A stretch of 64,000 bases of DNA from Desulfobacterales bacterium. GTDB lineage: Bacteria > Desulfobacterota > Desulfobacteria > Desulfobacterales > UBA5852. Where the stretch lies: positions 736,001-800,000 of the forward strand of contig CAXXVS010000001.1 in assembly GCA_963674755.2 (NCBI GenBank), read 5' to 3'. The notes under the pieces are model-generated. The model saw nothing but the letters and a program-made list of their open reading frames with translations, did not search any database and was not told where the DNA came from. This document shows, one piece after another, positions 57,352-64,000 of the stretch (positions are counted from its first letter, which is position 1; the number at the start of each line of letters is the position of its first letter). The translations under genes were made by a program, and so were the position numbers.

Positions 57352-58743
57352 ATGGTGAAGACATATGACGTGGTGGTCGTGGGAACCGGCTCGGGCGGAC
57401 AGACGGCCGCCTACACGCTGATGGAATACGGGCTGTCCGTGGCCGTGGTCGAGGACAGCCCGACCCCGGGCGGCATCTGCGCCCTGGCCGGCTGCCAGGC
57501 CAAGAAATGGTATTATGAAGCCACCGAACTCATGGCCCGGGCCCGGCACCTGGAAGGCAAGGGGCTGGTCCGCCCGCCGGAAATGGACTGGGCGGCCATC
57601 CGCAGGGAGAAACGCGCCTTCACCGACCCGATCCCCGCTGCCACCCGCAAGGGTTTGGAGGGGGCGGGCATCGATTTTATCACCGGCACGGCCGCTTTCA
57701 GCGGGCCGGATACCCTCGCCGTAAACGGGGATTCGGTGCAGGGGAAGTACTTCGTCCTGGCCACCGGGGCCCATCCCATGCCGCTGCCCTTCCCGGGCGC
57801 CGGGCACCTGATCACCAGCAGCGATTTCCTGGAGCTCGAGCGCCTGCCACCCCGTCTGGTGTTTGTGGGCGGGGGCTTTATCTCCTTCGAGTTTGCCCAT
57901 TTTGCGGCGCGCCTGGGCCCGGCGGAACGGGTCGTGATCCTGGAAGCGGCGCCGCGTCCCCTGGGGCCCTTCGATGCCGAGATGGTGGCGCACCTAGTGG
58001 CCGCCTCCCGGGCCGAGGGGATCGAAATCCACACCGATGTGCAGCTGACCGAGGTGGAAAAAAACGGCGACGGATTTGTGGTGCGGACCGAAGGCGGTGA
58101 CGTTTTCGAGGCCGACCTGGTGGTGCACGGGGCCGGCCGGGTGCCCTCAATCGAGCGTTTGCATCTGGAAAAGGCCCAGGTGGATTACAGCAAGCGCGGC
58201 ATTTGCGTAGACAGCGCAATGCGAACCGCCAACCCTCGGGTTTTCGCCGTGGGCGACTGTGCGGCAACCATCCAGTTGGCGCGGGTGGCGGACTACGAAG
58301 CCTATGTGGCCGTCAAGAATATTCTAGCGGAAGTGGAAGGTGGGGCCGGCGCTAAAGTGGATTACCGGAACGTGCCGACCGTTCTGTTTAGCTACCCCCA
58401 GTATGCCATGGTGGGGGCCACCGAAGCGACCCTGCAAGATGACGGCATCCGCTATTATAAGAACGCGGACTTCAATCTGGGGTGGCCGACCTATCGGCGG
58501 GTGGGGATGACACAGGCCGCCTACAAAGTGATGGTGGACGACGACAACCGTATTTTGGGCGCCCACATCATCTCCGACAACGCTTCCGGCCTGATCAATA
58601 GTTTCAAACAGGCCATGCACGATCATCGCAGCGTGGAAGATCTCTACTGGGAGCATGTGATGACACCCTATCCCTCGCGGGAGAGCGACATCATCTACAT
58701 GTTGAAGCCATTTTTCGAGGACGATCTGCTGGCCGGTCTATGA
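57352..58743 (+). CDS. Pyridine nucleotide-disulfide oxidoreductase (glutathione reductase-like)
   Basis: VGTGSGG, GGICALAGC redox pair, GGGFISFE, AVGD, YPS C-terminal motif. Confidence 0.9.
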   Translation: MVKTYDVVVVGTGSGGQTAAYTLMEYGLSVAVVEDSPTPGGICALAGCQAKKWYYEATELMARARHLEGKGLVRPPEMDWAAIRREKRAFTDPIPAATRKGLEGAGIDFITGTAAFSGPDTLAVNGDSVQGKYFVLATGAHPMPLPFPGAGHLITSSDFLELERLPPRLVFVGGGFISFEFAHFAARLGPAERVVILEAAPRPLGPFDAEMVAHLVAASRAEGIEIHTDVQLTEVEKNGDGFVVRTEGGDVFEADLVVHGAGRVPSIERLHLEKAQVDYSKRGICVDSAMRTANPRVFAVGDCAATIQLARVADYEAYVAVKNILAEVEGGAGAKVDYRNVPTVLFSYPQYAMVGATEATLQDDGIRYYKNADFNLGWPTYRRVGMTQAAYKVMVDDDNRILGAHIISDNASGLINSFKQAMHDHRSVEDLYWEHVMTPYPSRESDIIYMLKPFFEDDLLAGL

Positions 58744-58795
58744 ACCCCGACGTTGTCTGCAAAGGGTCTAACAACCCAAAGAAAGGTTCCCTTCT

Positions 58796-60886
58796 GTGAA
58801 GCGAAGCTGCCGCCTTATTACCGCAATGATCCTCCTGGTGGCGCTGTTCTGCCCGGTCGTGCTGTCGGCGGACAAGCCCGAGGCGGCGCCCGCCAAAAAA
58901 CCGGCCATCGGCATCGCCGATTCCATGGGCGATGCCATGCTGAAACAGGCGACCGAGGTGCAGGCGGATATCGCCCGGGAAGCCCGCTCGCTTTTTGAGC
59001 GACAGCCGCTGGGATGGGATCTGAAGACCCTTGGCACCATTTACCATTGGGCCCTCGATCTTCCGCCGCATATTCCCGACTTCATTGCGCTGGTGATCCA
59101 GCACAGCCGGTTGCTGGGGGTGGCCGGCTCCCTGATCATGCTGGTGTTTATCGTGGCCGTGTTCTACAGCCTGATCGGCCAGCGCCGCGTGCTGCGGCGC
59201 ATCGAACGCCGGGTGGAACCCTGGCGGGGCAAAATCCCGGAAAAGGTATATCCCTTTGTCCTATCGGGGCTGCGAACCATCGTGGCCGCCCTGATCCCCC
59301 TGATGCTGCTGGCCGCCTACAGCCTGGTCAATGCCCTCGTTCACTATGAGGCCGTGTGGTTCATCGTTCTCGGACGTCTCTTCATCCTATGGGCGGCCGG
59401 GGCCCTGGTGCTCAACCTGCTGCGGGAATCCCTCACACGGGACCTGTTCGCGGTTACCCGGGAATACGGCCGCTCCGTTTATCGACTGGTGCGGCTGGTG
59501 CTGTTCTACTCCCTGGCGGGGAGCGCCATCTTCTGGTGCGCCAAGGCATTCCGGCTGCCGGACGATGTGCTGGCGTTCGCACGCTTTGTGATCGCCCTGT
59601 CGATCGTCTTCCTCCTGTTTCTGCTGCACCTCAAGAAGAAGGCCCTGCTTTCCTTCCTGCCCAGTTTCCCCTATCCTTTCTATCGGGCCTTCCAACGCTT
59701 CCTCCAGCGCTACTATTACGCCATCGTGGGGGTGATGCTCCTGGCGGCCCTGCTGTGGTGCTTCGGCTACGTGAACCTGGGCCGCGTGGTCATCGTCAAG
59801 GTCTGGTCTTCAGGCGTCGCTTTTGTCCTGATTATGCTGGCCTACCATGGCCTCCGCACGGCCTTGCAGCACCGCACCCAAAGGCTGCCGCATCGCGACG
59901 AGGCCGGCCATGCCCTGCTGCGCTCCCTGAACAATCTGCTGCTCTACGCCACAGTGCTGTCCACGCTGTTCGTGGTGCTGAACCTTTTGGGGCTTCTATC
60001 GATTCTGCAACTGGCCATGTCGATTCCGGTGCTCGTCCTGGCCGGGGCCACCATTACCTTCTGGACCATTGTGAGCGTCGTCGTCATATTGATGGCGTTC
60101 TTTTATGCCTCCCGGCTCCTGCGGGCCTACCTGGACTACCGGGTTTACCCCCAACTGGGCATCGACCAGGGGCTGGGCTACGTGCTCAACACCTTGCTCA
60201 ACTATGTGTTTCTGGGCATCGGGCTCCTGATCTCCCTGCGGCTCGTGGGGCTCGATCTGCGGCTGCTGCTGGTTTTCGCCGGCGCCGTCGGTATCGGGGT
60301 CGGGCTGGGGCTGCAAAGCCTGGCGGCCAACATCATCAGCGGCTTCATCATCATTTTCGGCGGCAAGGTCCGCAAGGGCGACTGGATCGAGGTGGGCGGC
60401 ACGCTGGGGGAGGTGACCGACATCTATTTGGGAACGGCCAAAATCCGCACACGGGACAATGTCGAATATTTGATCCCCAATGCCCAGCTGGTGACCAGCA
60501 CCATCATCAACTACTCCCTTTCCTCGGCGTTCATCAGGATGGATCTGGCCGTGGGCGTCAGCTATAGCGCCGATCCCCGGCAGGTGGAGAAAATTTTGGT
60601 GGATGCGGCCGCCCGGGACCCCCTGGTATCGGATTACCGCACCCCCAGCGTGCGCTTCGTGGGGTACGGCGACAACAGCATCAACTTCGAGCTGCTCTTC
60701 TGGATCGATGTGCGCCATACGGCCCGGCGCCTGGTGCGCAGCGATCTCTATTTTGCGGTATTCGAAGCGCTCCAGGCCGCCGGCATCGAAATCCCCTTTC
60801 CCCAGCGGGATCTGCACATCCGCAGCGGGCTGGACATGGCGAAGCCGACGCCGGGCAGTGACACGGCTGGGAAGCCGGAAGAATGA
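58796..60886 (+). CDS. Mechanosensitive ion channel (MscS family, extended N-terminus)
   Basis: GAVGIGVGLGLQ..AN.ISG, GDWIEV, IPN, VGVSY, IEIPFPQRD. Confidence 0.92.
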   Translation: MKRSCRLITAMILLVALFCPVVLSADKPEAAPAKKPAIGIADSMGDAMLKQATEVQADIAREARSLFERQPLGWDLKTLGTIYHWALDLPPHIPDFIALVIQHSRLLGVAGSLIMLVFIVAVFYSLIGQRRVLRRIERRVEPWRGKIPEKVYPFVLSGLRTIVAALIPLMLLAAYSLVNALVHYEAVWFIVLGRLFILWAAGALVLNLLRESLTRDLFAVTREYGRSVYRLVRLVLFYSLAGSAIFWCAKAFRLPDDVLAFARFVIALSIVFLLFLLHLKKKALLSFLPSFPYPFYRAFQRFLQRYYYAIVGVMLLAALLWCFGYVNLGRVVIVKVWSSGVAFVLIMLAYHGLRTALQHRTQRLPHRDEAGHALLRSLNNLLLYATVLSTLFVVLNLLGLLSILQLAMSIPVLVLAGATITFWTIVSVVVILMAFFYASRLLRAYLDYRVYPQLGIDQGLGYVLNTLLNYVFLGIGLLISLRLVGLDLRLLLVFAGAVGIGVGLGLQSLAANIISGFIIIFGGKVRKGDWIEVGGTLGEVTDIYLGTAKIRTRDNVEYLIPNAQLVTSTIINYSLSSAFIRMDLAVGVSYSADPRQVEKILVDAAARDPLVSDYRTPSVRFVGYGDNSINFELLFWIDVRHTARRLVRSDLYFAVFEALQAAGIEIPFPQRDLHIRSGLDMAKPTPGSDTAGKPEE

Positions 60887-61039
60887 GATCAGCCCCGCGG
60901 CCGCCCAAATCTGAGGGATGAGGCCACTTCCCAATCCAGGGTCATGGCGCCTTCTCAGGATGGCTTGGAAGAGGATTGCTGCATGCAAATCTAACCGGTT
61001 GGCAATGCGGTCTTAACAGGCGGTCCCTATTTTCCGCAT

Positions 61040-61711
61040 ATGCTTACCGCCGTCGATCATACGCCTGATTGGAATCCGCGTACCGGCCAGCGCCCCGCGC
61101 TGGGGGCAACACCCTGCATCCACCCCACGGCCACGGTGCGTGACAGCCGGATCGGCGCCTGGACCGAAATCGGCGCCTACACCACGCTGCTCGAATCGGA
61201 GGTCGGCGACTACAGCTATCTGGCCGGATGCCACAGCCAGGTGTGGTGCACCGCGATCGGCAAATTCACCTCCATCGCAGCCGCCGTGCGCATCAATCCG
61301 CCCAACCATCCCATGCAGCGGGTCACCCAGCACCACTGCACCTACCGCCGTCGCCAGTATGGGTTTGACAGCGCCGACGATGAGGCTGTCTTTGCCTGGC
61401 GCCGGTCCCGGAAGGTCGTCATCGGGCACGATGTCTGGATCGGACACGGCGCCGTGATTCTGCCCGGGGTTACGGTGGGCACCGGCGCCGTGGTGGGGGC
61501 CGGGGCCGTAGTGAGCAAGGCCGTGGCGCCTTATGATATCGTGGCCGGTGTCCCGGCCCGCCGGCTGCGGGCGCGGTTCGCGCCCCATGTGATCGAGACC
61601 CTGCTGGCCATCGCCTGGTGGGACTGGGATCAGGAAACCCTCTGCCGCCGGTTCAAAGATCTGCTGGATATCGAGCAATTCGTGGCCCGCTATGCCGATT
61701 GCGCCAACTGA
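61040..61711 (+). CDS. Hexapeptide-repeat acetyltransferase, phosphonate-metabolism associated type
   Basis: IGKFTSIAAAVRINP.NHPM.R..QHH.TYR, IGHDVWIGHGA, AGVPAR, WWDW. Confidence 0.88.
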   Translation: MLTAVDHTPDWNPRTGQRPALGATPCIHPTATVRDSRIGAWTEIGAYTTLLESEVGDYSYLAGCHSQVWCTAIGKFTSIAAAVRINPPNHPMQRVTQHHCTYRRRQYGFDSADDEAVFAWRRSRKVVIGHDVWIGHGAVILPGVTVGTGAVVGAGAVVSKAVAPYDIVAGVPARRLRARFAPHVIETLLAIAWWDWDQETLCRRFKDLLDIEQFVARYADCAN

Positions 61712-62570
61712 TCCCAACCGTTCGCCGGCGCAGCACGCCTCCCGCGAAGATACCATTGCGCTCCGCCGGATTCATACGGTGGCCCGGGAAGCGGCCCGGG
61801 CGGCCGGAAAGGTGTTGATGGCGGCCTTCGGCCGGCCCCAGGCCGTGGACAAGCGGTCGGCCCACGATCTCAAACTGGCCGCCGACCGCCGCAGCGAGGC
61901 GGCCGCCCTGACGATTCTGCAGGCGCACTTCCCGGATCATGAAATCGTTTCCGAAGAAAAAGGCCTGCTGAACCCCGGCAGCGAATTTCGCTGGTATCTG
62001 GATCCGTTGGACGGTACGGTCAACTACTTCATGGGGCAGGCCTATTTTTGCACCTGCCTGGCCTGCTACCACTCCCCGCCGGAGGCCGGCACCGCCAATG
62101 CCAATCCGTTGGGACAGCCGCTGACAGGCGTTGTCTACGCGCCGGCCCTGGACAGGCTCTTCGAAGCGGTACCCGGCGGACCGGCCCTGTGCAACGGCCG
62201 CCTCGTGCGGCCCGGACCGGAGAAACGCCTTTCCGAGGCGGTCATCGGCTTCAGCTATGGCAGCGATCCGGACACCATGCAGCGCATGCAGAGGGTCGCC
62301 CAGGCGCTCGTGCCGCGGGCCCGCAAAGTGCGCATCTTCGGTGCCACCGGCCTCGATCTGGCCCATGTGGCCTGCGGGGGGTTGTCCGGACTGGTGCAGG
62401 GAAACGTCAAGGCATGGGATTTTGCCGCGGCCAAAGTGATCATCGAGGCCGCGGGCGGGTATTGCCGGGCCGATCCATTGGACAACGGCGGCGGCTGGCG
62501 GATTACGGCGGCGGCACCGGGTATCGCGTTGCCGCTTTGTCAGTTAGTGGAGCGCCTGACGGACCGTTGA
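61692..62570 (+). CDS. Inositol monophosphatase family protein
   Basis: SEE, WYLDPLDGTVNY, WDFAAA..I..AGG; exact start uncertain. Confidence 0.88.
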   Translation: MPIAPTDPNRSPAQHASREDTIALRRIHTVAREAARAAGKVLMAAFGRPQAVDKRSAHDLKLAADRRSEAAALTILQAHFPDHEIVSEEKGLLNPGSEFRWYLDPLDGTVNYFMGQAYFCTCLACYHSPPEAGTANANPLGQPLTGVVYAPALDRLFEAVPGGPALCNGRLVRPGPEKRLSEAVIGFSYGSDPDTMQRMQRVAQALVPRARKVRIFGATGLDLAHVACGGLSGLVQGNVKAWDFAAAKVIIEAAGGYCRADPLDNGGGWRITAAAPGIALPLCQLVERLTDR

Positions 62571-62713
62571 AAAAGGGCACCTCCGGCCGGAAGGCCGTCC
62601 GTCCTCGCGAAACGGCGGTAACCCTATGGCTGCGGCGTATGGCGCTTCGGCCCTGCCTTCCGTCCCGATGCTTGTTCCTCCAAGGCCTGCTCGAGGTGGC
62701 CTGATCCGAAAGA

Positions 62714-63952
62714 TCACTTTGCTTCCCGCCGTCTTCCGGAATATGCCGGGCCGTTGCCCGGGAGACCTTTGTCGCTAACCGATGGCATGCGCTGGCCGGA
62801 CCGGTAGACGCAACGCCCCCCTACCCAGGTCTGGACCACGCGTTTCCAGGCGCCCGATGTTTCGACCACCACCAGGTCGGCCGGCTCGCCGGGCGTCAGG
62901 CCGCCGCTGGTGACACCGTCCCGGAGAAAGGCCGCCGGTCCCGCGGACACCAAACGTAACGCTTTCTCGATGCTCACAGACAGCGTATCATGGGCCATAA
63001 AGGGCGTTTGCACCAGGCACTCGGGATAGTAGTCGCTGATCAAGCCGTTGCAAAGGCCCCGGTTCACGGCTTCAGCGGCCTTCAAATGTCCATTGGTAGA
63101 AGCGCCCCGCACCAGGTTGGGGGCGCCCATGAAGACCTGCATCCCGGCCTCGCGGGCGGCCGCCGCCGCATCCAGGGCAATCGGGAATTCGCAGCCACCG
63201 GCATGCAGACGCCGCACCAGGTCCACCTTGCCCGGCGTGTCGTCGTCATGGCTCAATATCGGAAGGCCGGCGCCCCGGGCCTTGGCCGCCAGGCGGGTGG
63301 CCTGCTCCCAGGCCCGGTTGCGGTCGGTCTTCTTGCGGTCCACCATGGAAATGACCTCGGCTTCGGCCACCTGGTAGTTGCGGGTGTAAAAGTCGAGAAA
63401 GGATTGCAGCGTTTTAAACTGGCCCTGGCCCGGGGTGTGATCCATGAAGGAGAGCAGGTCCACCTGACCGGCCGCGATCAGGCGATGGATGATTTGTGCG
63501 CTGCGCTCGGACCCGATCTCATAGCGGGCATGAATGCGATGGCGCACGGCGCAGCGCCCGCTGCCGTCGTGCTGGTGAATGCGGGCCACCAGTTTTTCGG
63601 CTTCCTCGGGAGCCCGCAACCCCAGTTCGTTGTCGGCGAAACACAGGGCATGGCAGAAGGTGGTGATGCCGCAGGCGGCCACTCGCTGATCCAGATTCTG
63701 GAAAGCGAAATCGGTCTCGAAGAGCACTCCGGGACGCATCTCGAGGCATTTTTCCATGGCATCGCAGTGCAGATCCACCAGGCCCGGCATGATCAGACGG
63801 TCGCCCACGTCGATGACCGGCGAAGCACGCGAAGGAACGTGTCCGGTCTTCACGGCGGCAATCCTGTCGCCGTCGATCAGTACGGAGGCGTCGGTTACGA
63901 GACGGCGCCCGTCGAAGACAAGGCCGGCCTTCAGGCAGATCGTCGGGGTCAT
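62714..63952 (-). CDS. phnM: Alpha-D-ribose 1-methylphosphonate 5-triphosphate diphosphatase
   Basis: PGLVDLHCD..E...RP, GITT..H, MDHTPGQGQF, SHDD, EFP, MGAPNLVRG, SDYYP. Confidence 0.92.
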   Translation of the reverse strand: MTPTICLKAGLVFDGRRLVTDASVLIDGDRIAAVKTGHVPSRASPVIDVGDRLIMPGLVDLHCDAMEKCLEMRPGVLFETDFAFQNLDQRVAACGITTFCHALCFADNELGLRAPEEAEKLVARIHQHDGSGRCAVRHRIHARYEIGSERSAQIIHRLIAAGQVDLLSFMDHTPGQGQFKTLQSFLDFYTRNYQVAEAEVISMVDRKKTDRNRAWEQATRLAAKARGAGLPILSHDDDTPGKVDLVRRLHAGGCEFPIALDAAAAAREAGMQVFMGAPNLVRGASTNGHLKAAEAVNRGLCNGLISDYYPECLVQTPFMAHDTLSVSIEKALRLVSAGPAAFLRDGVTSGGLTPGEPADLVVVETSGAWKRVVQTWVGGRCVYRSGQRMPSVSDKGLPGNGPAYSGRRREAK

Positions 63953-64000
63953 GGGGTACGGCCCTCGCTGTTGCGGATGTCTTCCAAATTGTTGCGTATC

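Overview
GC-rich (roughly 60-65%) chromosomal window from an anaerobic bacterium, most likely Desulfobacterota, judged from gene content and intergenic repeat style. In order: an SDR, a small unannotated ORF, a FIST protein plus hybrid histidine kinase and a LysR relic (0.4-6.3 kb); an aryl-polyene/flexirubin-like acyl-lipid cluster with two ACPs, a KS, a BtrH-like protein, ABC, GT2, MMPL, two acyltransferases, a thioesterase and DAK2-DegV (6.5-20.5 kb); a decayed integron with an intI 3' relic, attC-like sites, cassette-like genes and a group II intron relic (20.6-23.5 kb); a sensor/HAMP operon with no output domain (24-26 kb); a RibD/PTPS-like/GT4/CDP-alcohol transferase cluster (28-34.6 kb); a sulfatase; a selenium-utilisation region (yedE, tusA-like, DUF3343-like, kinase-like, Sec-containing selD, double-cubane reductase plus activator, yedF; 38-45 kb); DUF3842-cooT behind a terminator-containing leader; and phosphonate-related genes at the end. 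The highlight is a minus-strand operon at 51.9-55.4 kb. It encodes a non-canonical 8/4-type UCA-anticodon tRNA with cysteine identity elements (selC*/tRNA-ReC type), a divergent SelB and a divergent CysRS, which looks like a dedicated system for inserting Cys at UGA (Sec) codons. Several palindromic MITE/REP-like repeats are scattered through the window. All assignments are motif-based and made by eye; no database search was run.
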